Shown piece by piece: positions 10,898 through 19,735 of a DNA stretch of 64,000 nt. Position 1 is the stretch's first letter. The number at the start of each line of letters is the position of its first letter. Made by a program: the position numbers and the translations under genes. The DNA comes from a bacterium (GTDB taxonomy: Bacteria; SAR324; XYD2-FULL-50-16), in NCBI GenBank assembly GCA_032250835.1, contig JAVVEA010000008.1:79943-143942 (forward strand). The letters are read 5' to 3'. Under the pieces are notes generated by a model. It saw nothing but the letters and a program-made list of their open reading frames with translations. It had not been told where the DNA came from and ran no database searches.

Positions 10898-12421
10898 ATG
10901 GCAAAGGACAACCGCAAGGTCTTGATCCTCGACACCACCCTACGCGACGGCGAACAGACCCAGGGGGTTTCGTACGCACCGGCCGAAAAGGCCAACATCG
11001 CCAAGGCGCTCTTAGAGGTCTTGAAGGTGGACCGGGTCGAGGTTGCTTCGGCCCGCGTGTCCGAAGGGGAGAAACAGGCGGTTGCCTCGATCAACGCTTG
11101 GGCGAGCCAAAAGGGCTTTGCCGAGAAGGTCGAGGTCCTGGGCTTTGTGGATTTTAATAAGTCCGTTGATTGGATCAAAGAAGCAGGCGGGCAGGTGATC
11201 AACCTGTTGACCAAAGGCAGCCTCAAACACTGCGAGGAACAGCTCAAAAAGTCCCCCGCCGCCCATTGGGAAGACATCAAAAAAACCATCGCCTACGCCC
11301 AGGAACAGGGCGTTCGGGTCAATGTGTATCTGGAAGACTGGTCCAACGGGTATAAAGACTCGCCGGACTACGTTTTTGAGATGATGGACGCTCTGGCGGA
11401 TCAGCCGATCGAGCACTTTATGCTGCCCGATACCTTGGGTGTGATGGGCCCCGAAGAGGTCTATTTGGCCTTAGAAGACATGATTGGCCGCTGGCCCGAA
11501 AAGAGCTTCGACTTCCACCCGCACAACGATTACGGCCTAGCCACCGCCAACGTCCTGGCGGCGGTCCGCGCCGGGGTCAAGACCGTGCATTGCACCATCA
11601 ACTGCATGGGCGAGCGGGCGGGCAACGCCAGTTTGGCTGAAGTAGCGGTGAACCTGCGCGACCGCTTCTGTATGAAGCTGAACATTGTGGAAACGGAGTT
11701 GGTGACCCTCAGCCGGATGGTCGAGAACTTCAGCGGCAAGCGCATTGCCGACAACGCCCCCATTGTGGGCAGCAACGTCTTCACCCAAACGGCAGGCATC
11801 CACGCCGACGGGGACCACAAGGGCGGCTTGTATCAAAGCGACCTACGCCCCGAGCGCTTTGGCCGCAAGCACACCTATGCTTTGGGCAAGATGGCCGGTA
11901 AGGCCAGCTTGATCAAAAACCTAGAAGAACTGGGCTTGCACCTAAGCGAAGAGAACCAAAAGAAGGTGCTCAAGCGCATCATCGAGTTAGGCGACGCCAA
12001 GGCCGAGATCACCGCCGAGGACCTTGAATTTATCATTGCCGACGTGCTTGAAGCCGCCGGTTCGGACCGCTACAACCTACTTAACTGCACCATCACCAGC
12101 GGCCTGGAACTGGAATCTACAGTCAGTGTGCGGGTCAAGGTGGGCAAGAAAGAACGCCTCGCTTCGGGTATCGGCAACGGCGGCTTCGATGCCTTTGTAC
12201 AGGCCATGAAGAAGATCACCGAACCCGAGTCCGTCAAGTTCCCCGAACTGCTGGACTACGAAGTCCGCATCCCCAAGGGCGGCAAAACCAGCGCCCTGAC
12301 GGAATGTATCATCACCTGGAAAGGGGCCGAGCGCAATTTTAAGACCCGCGGCGTACACCACAACCAAGTCTTCGCCGCCGTGCACGCCACCATCAAAATG
12401 CTGAATCTGGTGGGGGGGTAA
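10898..12421 (+). CDS. cimA: (R)-citramalate synthase (LeuA/CimA family, Leptospira/Bacteroidota-like type)
   Basis: DTTLRDGEQT-GVS, VDRVEVASARVS, YLEDWSNG, LPDTLG, FHPHNDY, C-terminal regulatory domain; ATG at 10898 directly after the leuD stop is preferred over 10853. Confidence 0.8.
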   Translation: MAKDNRKVLILDTTLRDGEQTQGVSYAPAEKANIAKALLEVLKVDRVEVASARVSEGEKQAVASINAWASQKGFAEKVEVLGFVDFNKSVDWIKEAGGQVINLLTKGSLKHCEEQLKKSPAAHWEDIKKTIAYAQEQGVRVNVYLEDWSNGYKDSPDYVFEMMDALADQPIEHFMLPDTLGVMGPEEVYLALEDMIGRWPEKSFDFHPHNDYGLATANVLAAVRAGVKTVHCTINCMGERAGNASLAEVAVNLRDRFCMKLNIVETELVTLSRMVENFSGKRIADNAPIVGSNVFTQTAGIHADGDHKGGLYQSDLRPERFGRKHTYALGKMAGKASLIKNLEELGLHLSEENQKKVLKRIIELGDAKAEITAEDLEFIIADVLEAAGSDRYNLLNCTITSGLELESTVSVRVKVGKKERLASGIGNGGFDAFVQAMKKITEPESVKFPELLDYEVRIPKGGKTSALTECIITWKGAERNFKTRGVHHNQVFAAVHATIKMLNLVGG

Positions 12422-12671
12422 ACCCTTCCCCCAGGTGGTTGAAGAGGGCCAGGGTACGCGAGAGCGTGCCTTCTGCCTAACTTGCCGGTCCCTTCTTGGA
12501 CCAAAGGCCCCGCCCTGCCGCCTTGCTGGCTAGCTCTTAGCCTAAAATGATTGCCCCTGTCGGATAGATAGGGTAAACTCCCCGGTATTGATAACTTAAG
12601 TTTTCTCTGTAAATGGCTTCTGGCTCTAGCTTAACCAGCTATCCTCCCCAAAAGTTTTAGGTGCAACTAAA

Positions 12672-13121
12672 ATGTTTTTTGCTCGCTTAACTACCGGCCT
12701 CGTTGTGGCCGGACTGTTGTTTTTTGGTGGTTCTAGACAGGCCCTCGCGGTCGGCAAAGAAGCCCATTCTACCGTGATTGCCCTGATGTTAGTTAGCGGC
12801 AGCACCAGCCTTTACGACGGCGTGCAATTCAACAAGCTGGCCGACGAAAATAAGGGATTGGAAACTGAGTATTCCACCACCACTAGCACGACCCGCCGCC
12901 TAGAAATCGAACAGAAATACAGTAAAAACAAAGAAGAGATGCAGTTGCTTGATAAGCGTATGGTATTGGCTGATCAGGTAACCCTTGCTTTTGCCGGTCT
13001 GGAAGTCGTTTTATTGCTGCAAACGGGCTTAGAGAAATTGTTTAGTGACGGGCGGCATTGGGAACTTCGGCCCATGGTCCGCCGCGAAGGTTCCGGGTTT
13101 GAATTTAGTTGGAAATATTAA
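12672..13121 (+). CDS. Hypothetical exported/membrane protein
   Basis: Signal-like N-terminus, short coiled segment, C-terminal amphipathic strand GFEFSWKY; TAATG overlap with the next gene. Confidence 0.7.
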   Translation: MFFARLTTGLVVAGLLFFGGSRQALAVGKEAHSTVIALMLVSGSTSLYDGVQFNKLADENKGLETEYSTTTSTTRRLEIEQKYSKNKEEMQLLDKRMVLADQVTLAFAGLEVVLLLQTGLEKLFSDGRHWELRPMVRREGSGFEFSWKY

Positions 13122-14152
13122 TGAAATCAATTAAATACCTGATAATATTAAGCCTGCTAGTCGGCTGTGGCAAGCAACTGACCCAGGATAATCAAGGGGC
13201 GGCGGATAAAGAATTGCCTGAAAGGACCACACTGACCTTTTCCGGCCTTAGCGGTACGCCCGCCGAAGGTGGGGCAACGGCCAGCATGACCGTTCAAGCG
13301 GGCTACGCCCCGACCAGTTCCTTTACTTTGACCTTGACGGATGCCCAGAACCAGATTTCCTTTAGCCCAGAAAAGTTAGTCTTTACCGCCGACAACTGGT
13401 CCGTGGCCCGAGAGGTGACGATCACGGCTATTGATGATTCCGATAACGACGACAACGCCGTAGGGACCGTAGGGTTTAGAGTCTTAACCGACGATCTGGT
13501 CTACCAAAAGGCGACCGCCAATAGCTATTCGGTGAGTACCCTGGATAACGACAGCCGACTCGACGAATTGGGAGCCTACGAGTTTACCTTGCTGCGCTCG
13601 GGCGGGACCTGTCCCGCCGGCTTTACCGCCGGGTCCATCAGCTTAGATACCGAGGACTTAAGTAACAACGACAGCGTGACCGGCGAGGTGGGGGATACCT
13701 GGACCGGGTCGAACGGGCTGCATCTTGAGCTTTGCACCTTGGACCAGCCGATCTCTAGTGCTTGGTCTAATGCTACGGCCACGGGGTTTGCCTTCTTGCG
13801 CCATGGGGGAAGTTGTCCTAGCGGGATGGCCGAAGGAACCATCCGCATCAACAGCGAAATCGACAATACGGACAGTAGCATATCGGGCAATGCTGGCGAC
13901 AGCTACATTAAGGCACCCTATGTCTACTTAGAAACCTGCGAATCCACCGCCAGCTTCGACTATACCCTGTTAGAAACCGCCTCGTTTACGCTCTTTAAAA
14001 GTGGCAGCTGCCCTGGCTCTTCTTCAGGGGCGATCATCAAGGTAGACACCGAAGACGACACAAATTACGACGCTTGGTCCGGAGCGGTCGGCGACAGCTA
14101 CGTCTCCCAAGACCAGGGCACCAGCGTCTTCTTGCAGGTTTGCACCTATTAG
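13121..14152 (+). CDS. Lipoprotein with Ig/Calx-beta-like domain and three Cys-bounded ApeC-like repeats
   Basis: Lipobox LVGC; FTADNW..EVTITAIDD surface-protein motif; three CPxG...D(T)ED...C repeats. Confidence 0.8.
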   Translation: MKSIKYLIILSLLVGCGKQLTQDNQGAADKELPERTTLTFSGLSGTPAEGGATASMTVQAGYAPTSSFTLTLTDAQNQISFSPEKLVFTADNWSVAREVTITAIDDSDNDDNAVGTVGFRVLTDDLVYQKATANSYSVSTLDNDSRLDELGAYEFTLLRSGGTCPAGFTAGSISLDTEDLSNNDSVTGEVGDTWTGSNGLHLELCTLDQPISSAWSNATATGFAFLRHGGSCPSGMAEGTIRINSEIDNTDSSISGNAGDSYIKAPYVYLETCESTASFDYTLLETASFTLFKSGSCPGSSSGAIIKVDTEDDTNYDAWSGAVGDSYVSQDQGTSVFLQVCTY

Positions 14153-14195
14153 CAGCACCGCCGCGGCGGTCGCTAGCGCTTTGAAGGGACCTAAA

Positions 14196-14281
14196 CAAAC
14201 TTCCCCCGCAGCTTCTTGGGCAGCTTCGAAAGATACAAAATCTTTTGCAGGGTGTCGGTGGTTTTCTTGGGGCCTAAAAGG
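14196..14281 (-). repeat. Degenerate copy of the 3' end of the 16176..16382 gene (matches 16184..16275)
   Basis: Manual alignment: 76 of 86 aligned bases identical plus one 6-bp gap. Confidence 0.9.
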
Positions 14282-14651
14282 TGCGCACCCTTTTGGCTGC
14301 CCTAAACCCCAGACCTTTCTCTGTATTCCTCGTTAGACAGGTTGGCGAAGCCCTCCCGAAAAACTCCCGCCCATTCTGCGCCCTTCCCAAACATTTTTTA
14401 AGCTTTAACCCTCCACCTCCCCACCGAGGTTGTGGCTAGCAAGCCCCCGGAAGTTAAATAGGTAAAGGGTCCCCCCACTTTGCTAAAAAAAAGGGGTCCG
14501 GTGGCCCGAAACCCAGTGGCGTTGCCCTAGTCTTAGTGGCTTTCTGTTCAGCGGGGGAGGTTGACGCCTGCGGGTACGGTTGATTTAAGGCGGGTCTAAT
14601 GGACAGCCTTTGCATCTGGGTATACATTAGTACATACATTACCGGAGGCTT

Positions 14652-14894
14652 ATGTTCCGCACCCAAATCTATCTGACCGAGTCGGAGCGCGAGGGGTTAA
14701 AGGCCCTTTCGGCTCAAGAAGGCACCAGCCAAAGCGAGCTGATCCGCCAAGCCATTGACCGCTACCTCCTGGAGCACCAGCAAAAGGACTGGAAAGGCAA
14801 CCTGTTGGCCCTTGCGGGGTGTTTGTCTGAGAAAGAGGATTGGCCGGACTTTCAGGCCCTGCGCGCCGAAGGGGACCGGGAGTTGAACTGGTGA
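14652..14894 (+). CDS. CopG/ribbon-helix-helix antitoxin (VapB-like)
   Basis: MFRTQIYLT...SQSELIRQAIDRYL; GGAGG RBS; overlaps the PIN gene. Confidence 0.88.
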   Translation: MFRTQIYLTESEREGLKALSAQEGTSQSELIRQAIDRYLLEHQQKDWKGNLLALAGCLSEKEDWPDFQALRAEGDRELNW

Positions 14895-15307
14895 AGCCCT
14901 ACTTGCTCGACACCTGCATCCTGATCGACTTCAGCCGAGGCAACCCCCAGGCCGGTGAGTTCATGCAAGGATTGGAGCAACAACCGCTGATTTCCTCACT
15001 GGTCGTCGCCGAGTTATACGCCGGAATCAAAAAGCCCAAGGAGCGGGCTTTGGTGGGGAAATTAGTTGAGGCATGCTGCGTGGTGGAATTAACGCAGACC
15101 ATGGCCGAACAAGGCGGCAAGTGGCGCGCCCAATACGGCCCCAGCCACCACGTTGGCCTAATCGACCCCCTCCTAGCCGCCACCGCCCAGGAAGCGGGAG
15201 CAGTTTTCGCCACCCTAAACCTAAAGCACTTCCCTATGCTGGGTGCAAAGACGTTGCTCAAGCCTTACCAAAAGGTTTGGGGAATCTGCGGCCTCCCGCC
15301 CCAATGA
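14891..15307 (+). CDS. vapC: PIN-domain toxin
   Basis: GTG start in GTGA overlap; LLDTCILIDF, ELYAG, ID-LLAATA, TLNLKHF. Confidence 0.9.
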   Translation: MKPYLLDTCILIDFSRGNPQAGEFMQGLEQQPLISSLVVAELYAGIKKPKERALVGKLVEACCVVELTQTMAEQGGKWRAQYGPSHHVGLIDPLLAATAQEAGAVFATLNLKHFPMLGAKTLLKPYQKVWGICGLPPQ

Positions 15308-15447
15308 GTTCCGTTTTAGGACCATTAGACCTACGGTCGCCAAACGGTTCCAATTCCGCGAATTCATGGGCTAGAGGGACCTGTATTCGCCAGGGTCTGA
15401 AGTTGAAACGGCGGCGCTGTTTTTTTAGGACGCGGTGAAAAGCCCAC

Positions 15448-15750
15448 TTAGGCTTCAGCTAGCGCCTCAAAGGGCTTGATCTTGGGCAAGCTTTTATCTT
15501 GGCCCGCCTCCCAAAGGTCCACTGCTTCTTGTAGGTTCAACCAGAACTCGGGACTGGTCTGGGTAAACATTCCCAGCCGGATCGCCATATTCGCCGAAAG
15601 CGCTTGCCGCTCGTTGACCAGAGCACTGATGGTTTTGCGGGTGACGCCCAACCGGTCCGCTAAACCCTGCTGGCTCAAGCCAAATTCCGCCAAAATATCT
15701 TCTTTGATGTAAACACCTGGATGGGTGGGCCTTACGTTGCTGCGGATCAT
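15448..15750 (-). CDS. higA: HigA-family antitoxin (HTH)
   Basis: PTHPGVYIKED...LADRLGV...SPEFWLNLQ. Confidence 0.93.
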   Translation of the reverse strand: MIRSNVRPTHPGVYIKEDILAEFGLSQQGLADRLGVTRKTISALVNERQALSANMAIRLGMFTQTSPEFWLNLQEAVDLWEAGQDKSLPKIKPFEALAEA

Positions 15751-15759
15751 TGGCTTTCC

Positions 15760-16038
15760 TTAGTGGTAATCTTCAAAGAGAACATCCTGAGCGCCATCGT
15801 TCCAACTAAAGGAGATGCGCCACTGGATGTTGATTCGAATGGCGTATCTGGCGGGGTTGTGCCCCTGCAAAGCGTGAAACTTATTGGAAGGGGGAAAGTA
15901 AAGGTCCTCAAGCCTACTGGCAGCATGAAGACGATCCAACCCTTTTTTTACTTTGCGGGCGAGGTTAAAATCAACATTCTTGGCTTTCCCTTCTGTGAAG
16001 AGCTGTGCAGTGGTTTTGTCTCGGAAGAAATGGATCAT
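15760..16038 (-). CDS. higB: HigB (RelE-like) toxin
   Basis: MIHFFRDK...PPSNKFHALQG...IRINIQWRISF...DYH; upstream of higA. Confidence 0.93.
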   Translation of the reverse strand: MIHFFRDKTTAQLFTEGKAKNVDFNLARKVKKGLDRLHAASRLEDLYFPPSNKFHALQGHNPARYAIRINIQWRISFSWNDGAQDVLFEDYH

Positions 16039-16060
16039 TGAAGGTTATTGTGTTTACCTG

Positions 16061-16090
16061 AATGTAACCCATAAGGTTACATGACGTCAA
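16061..16090 (-). promoter_or_regulatory. higBA promoter with palindromic operator
   Basis: Perfect inverted repeat ATGTAACC-N5-GGTTACAT (16062-16082) overlapping minus-strand TTGACG-N18-TACATT. Confidence 0.75.
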
Positions 16091-16175
16091 TTGGTTTTTA
16101 ATTCCCCACAGAAGTCGGTTGGGTATCGCGGAGGCACTTGCGACCTTTTACGTTGTATCTGTTTATTGAATTAGT

Positions 16176-16382
16176 TCACGCCTCAAACTTCCCCCGCAAC
16201 TTCTTGGGCAGCTTTGAAAGGTATCTAGCCAAAAACTCTTGCAGGGCGTCGATGGTTTCTTTGCGGCCTAAAAGGCGGGCGGTGACTTGGGGGTCTTCGG
16301 GGATTTGGGCGAGCGCGGTCTCGACCTCTTCGAGGTGGGCTTTGATCAGTTGGTGCAGTTCGTAGAAATATTCGGGGGCCAT
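16176..16382 (-). CDS. Small hypothetical helical protein
   Basis: 68 aa with AGGA RBS; resembles the neighbour at 16419. Confidence 0.7.
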   Translation of the reverse strand: MAPEYFYELHQLIKAHLEEVETALAQIPEDPQVTARLLGRKETIDALQEFLARYLSKLPKKLRGKFEA

Positions 16383-16418
16383 GGGGATTCCTGAAAGGGG
16401 GCGCGGCGGGTCGCCGGG

Positions 16419-16610
16419 CTAGTAGTATTTTTGGGTTTTCAGGTCGTAATTTTTGGTCAGGTGGTCGCGGAAGAACTGGGCTTCTTCTAAGCGGCCTTCG
16501 GCGCGTATCCGCGCTTCGCTGCCTTCGTCTAGGCCCATCATTTCGGCCTGGGCCTTTTGGATCAGCTCGCCGATAAAGTTCTGAATTTCTACGGAATATT
16601 GGTGCGCCAT
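16419..16610 (-). CDS. Small hypothetical helical protein
   Basis: 63 aa with GAGGG RBS; resembles the neighbour at 16176. Confidence 0.7.
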   Translation of the reverse strand: MAHQYSVEIQNFIGELIQKAQAEMMGLDEGSEARIRAEGRLEEAQFFRDHLTKNYDLKTQKYY

Positions 16611-16793
16611 GGGGGTTCCCTCTCAGTGTAATTTGGCCCTAGTTTAGTCCCTTATGCCTCTGCTGGCAACGACCAAAGAGCCGCCTTCGGGCGGGTCTTT
16701 TAAGAAGGGGCTGGCGAGCTTGGCTTGTGCCGGGGTCCGAAACCGGATAGAATGGGCTTGACCTGTTACTTTAAACCCCATCCGCAAAGCTCT

Positions 16794-17324
16794 ATGCCGC
16801 GCCACCTGCTGACTTGGTTGCTTCCTTTCGTCTTATTCACCTTGGCGGTCGGTTGTGACCGGGAAAATCGAGCCCTCAACCAGCTGCCGCCCCGCGAACC
16901 TTTAGAAGTGGCCCCGCGCATCCCACCGGCCATGAAGGCCATGGGGCAGTTAGTCTACGTGCCGGTCTATTCTTCGATTCAAGAGGGCCAAAAGGGACGG
17001 TTGTTCCACCTAAGTGCTCACCTGTCGGTGCGTAACATTTCCCAGAAAAACAGCATTGTGTTGGCTGTGGCAGACTATTACGACAGCAACGGAAAACAGG
17101 TGCGCAGGCTCTTAGAAGCTCCGGTCAAACTGGGGCCCATGGCCAGCACGGACTTTTTCATCCGCAGCAACGACCTAGCCGGAGTAACCGGGGCTAGCTT
17201 CTTGGTGGAATGGGAGGCCGAAAATCCAACGGCCCCGCCGGTGGTCCAAGCGGTCATGCTGGGCACCAACGGGGGCCAGGGGATTTCTTTCGTGACCAAC
17301 GGTCTGCCGGTGGATTCACACTGA
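16794..17324 (+). CDS. DUF3124-type lipoprotein
   Basis: Lipobox AVGC; GQLVYVPVYS, LSVRN, DYYDSNG, GASFLVEW, GISF; ATG at 16794 preferred. Confidence 0.85.
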   Translation: MPRHLLTWLLPFVLFTLAVGCDRENRALNQLPPREPLEVAPRIPPAMKAMGQLVYVPVYSSIQEGQKGRLFHLSAHLSVRNISQKNSIVLAVADYYDSNGKQVRRLLEAPVKLGPMASTDFFIRSNDLAGVTGASFLVEWEAENPTAPPVVQAVMLGTNGGQGISFVTNGLPVDSH

Positions 17325-17403
17325 TCAGGCAGGCACCTTGGTCGAGCGGGCGGTCCCAGCGGTTCGAAGCTCCGCCTTTTGGGGCGCTGGGGTAAGGACA
17401 AAC

Positions 17404-17441
17404 AAAAAGACCCCGGCAGCTGAAGCTACCGGGGCCTTTTC
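17404..17441. terminator. Intrinsic terminator between convergent genes
   Basis: A-tract, CCCCGGCAGC-TGAA-GCTACCGGGG stem, T-tract. Confidence 0.75.
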
Positions 17442-17466
17442 TTTAGATGTTAAAGCCTGTTAAAAC

Positions 17467-18576
17467 TTAGCTTTGAGCGGGCTTGGGGCAAGCAGCCAAG
17501 GCCTCAACCACCTTATCGCCGAAGGCCGAGGTGCTGATCAAGTTCGAGCCGCCGCGCTTGAGGTCCGGCGTGGTGAAGCCAGCACCGAAGACGCTCTTCA
17601 TAGCCGCCCAAAGGTTGGCCGCTTCTTCGGCCATGCCAAAACTCATGTCCAGCATCATGGCCACGGAACCGATCATCGAGTAGGGATTAGCAATGCCTTG
17701 ACCGGCAATGTCCGGGGCCGAGCCGTGGCTGGGCTCGTAGTAGGCTTTGTCGGGGCCCATGCAGGCCGAGGGCATTAGGCCCAAACTGCCCAAGATGCCG
17801 CCGCCCTGATCGCTTAAAATATCGCCAAACATGTTTTCCATCACCATCACGTCAAACTGTCCGGGGTTCAGGCAGAGCGCGGTAGCGGCGGCGTCAACCA
17901 ACATGTGCTTGACCTCGACTTGCGGGTAACTCGGGGCCAGTTCGTCTAAGATTTCGTTCCAGAGCACGCTGGACTTTAAAACGTTGGACTTGTGGATGTT
18001 GTGCAAGACCTTCTTGCGCTTCATGGCCGTCTCGAAGCCGACCACCAAAATTTGGCGGATTTGGTCTTCGTCGTATTCTAAGATTTCGTTTACATAGCGC
18101 TTGCCCGCTGCGTTGGTTCCCATCTCCTTCTTGCCGAAGTAAAGACCGCCGACCAATTCGCGGATGATCATGATGTCGATCCCTTCACCGATGATCTCGG
18201 GCTTTAGGGGACTAAAATGAGCCAGTTCCTTCGGGAGGTAGACAGGGCGGAAGTTGGCGTAGGTGTTTAAGCGCTTGCGCATGGGCAGCAAAGCGCCCCG
18301 TTCGGGCTGTTTGTCTACCGGGATCTTCTGGCTTTCTTCGTGGCTTAAGCCGATGGTGCCCTTTAAGACGGCGTCGGCTTCGTCGCAGGCCTTTTTGGTT
18401 TCTTCAGGGAAGGCGTCGCCGGTCTCGAAGTAGGCAACCCCGCCGAAGAGGCAGTCTTGTAACTCAAAGGTTACCTCGTTGCGCTGTTCAACCAACTTTA
18501 AGATTTTAACCGCTTCGGCCATGATCTCAGGGCCGATCCCATCGCCCGCCAAAAGGGCGATTTTGTAGTGTTTCAT
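17467..18576 (-). CDS. leuB: 3-isopropylmalate dehydrogenase
   Basis: GDGIGPEI, PERGALL, YANFRP, IRELVGGLYFG, HKSNVL, NMFGDILSD, YEPSHGSAPDIAG. Confidence 0.95.
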   Translation of the reverse strand: MKHYKIALLAGDGIGPEIMAEAVKILKLVEQRNEVTFELQDCLFGGVAYFETGDAFPEETKKACDEADAVLKGTIGLSHEESQKIPVDKQPERGALLPMRKRLNTYANFRPVYLPKELAHFSPLKPEIIGEGIDIMIIRELVGGLYFGKKEMGTNAAGKRYVNEILEYDEDQIRQILVVGFETAMKRKKVLHNIHKSNVLKSSVLWNEILDELAPSYPQVEVKHMLVDAAATALCLNPGQFDVMVMENMFGDILSDQGGGILGSLGLMPSACMGPDKAYYEPSHGSAPDIAGQGIANPYSMIGSVAMMLDMSFGMAEEAANLWAAMKSVFGAGFTTPDLKRGGSNLISTSAFGDKVVEALAACPKPAQS

Positions 18577-18589
18577 TGAAACTCCAGAT

Positions 18590-19495
18590 TTAGGGATGGT
18601 AATTGGTGGCCACCATGTCGGCGATGATCACCAGGTACAATAACAAAAGGTAGATGTTCGAAAAGATGAAGTTGCGCCTAAAGAGGCGTTCGTCGGCTTT
18701 GCCTAGGTTTTGGATGTTCATCCCTAAGAGGATGAGGCCCAAAAGGGTCGAGCCGACCAGATAGAGGGTACCCAACTCCGAATAGTGCCAAAGGGCCACC
18801 GAGGCCGCGAGTACCGCCAGGGCGTGGCCAATGATCAGCCAAATGGTGTTGTTCGCGCCAATCACCGGGGGCAACATGGGGATGCCCGCTTGCTCGTAGT
18901 CTTCTTGGTAGAAGGCGTTGAGGTTCCAAAAGTGGACGGGGTTCCAGAAGAAGCTGTGCACCGCCATGATCGCACCGGGCAGGGTGACCTCGCCGGTGAT
19001 GGCCGTGTTGCCCGCTAAAATAGCAAAGGGCGAACTGAGGCTGCCGACGGTCACGTTCCAGAGGCTATGGTGTTTAAAGATCAGCGTGTAAATCACCACA
19101 TAGGTGAAGAAGCCCATGAAGAGCCAAAGCGCCGAAACCCAGCCGAGCAACCACCAGCAAAGGCCGATCCCACCGAGGCTCAAGAAGGCCCCAAAACCTA
19201 AGCTTTGGCGCAGCATCAAGGGGTCGGAACTGACTAGAAGCCGGTGCTTGGTCCGGTTCATCAACTGGTCGGTTTCGCGCTCGAAGTAGTGGTTAAACAC
19301 CGCTCCGCCCGCGCTGGCCATGATGGTGCTGATGATCACGATCCAAGAGGCCCATTGGCCGTAGGCCAGAAAGTCCTTCTGGAGCAAAAGCCCGACCCAA
19401 GCGGTCATGGCAATGGCCAGAAAGATTCGGGGCTTGGTTAGCGACAACAGACGCAGGGGACCTGTGGCCGTTTGTTTGGGTGCTTGGTCGGTCAT
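18590..19495 (-). CDS. cyoE: Protoheme IX farnesyltransferase (heme O synthase)
   Basis: LTKPRI, N-YFERETD-LM-RT-HR, W-PVHF, EDY-QAGIPMLP; multi-TM. Confidence 0.92.
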   Translation of the reverse strand: MTDQAPKQTATGPLRLLSLTKPRIFLAIAMTAWVGLLLQKDFLAYGQWASWIVIISTIMASAGGAVFNHYFERETDQLMNRTKHRLLVSSDPLMLRQSLGFGAFLSLGGIGLCWWLLGWVSALWLFMGFFTYVVIYTLIFKHHSLWNVTVGSLSSPFAILAGNTAITGEVTLPGAIMAVHSFFWNPVHFWNLNAFYQEDYEQAGIPMLPPVIGANNTIWLIIGHALAVLAASVALWHYSELGTLYLVGSTLLGLILLGMNIQNLGKADERLFRRNFIFSNIYLLLLYLVIIADMVATNYHP

Positions 19496-19735
19496 GGAGA
19501 ATTGATAAAAGTTTTTTAGGGTGCTTGGGGGAGCACCGAATCAATAAATCTGGCAGGTTCAGCCTAAGAGGGCAAGCCCCAATCAACTGGGACGGGCCTA
19601 TGAAGCAACCTACAAATTAAATAAATGCCCCTAGACAGGGCTATGGTAGCAAGGGCAACCTACAGGTAGTGCCGGGGGGATCACTATAGCGAATGATTTT
19701 GGGCCTTGACCCGCAACCTCACAGGAGAATTTTTG

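Noticed and set aside
10853-12421. Annotation as leuA with start at 10853
   Set aside because: Motifs fit the CimA subtype better, and 10853 overlaps leuD by 44 bp whereas ATG 10898 follows its stop
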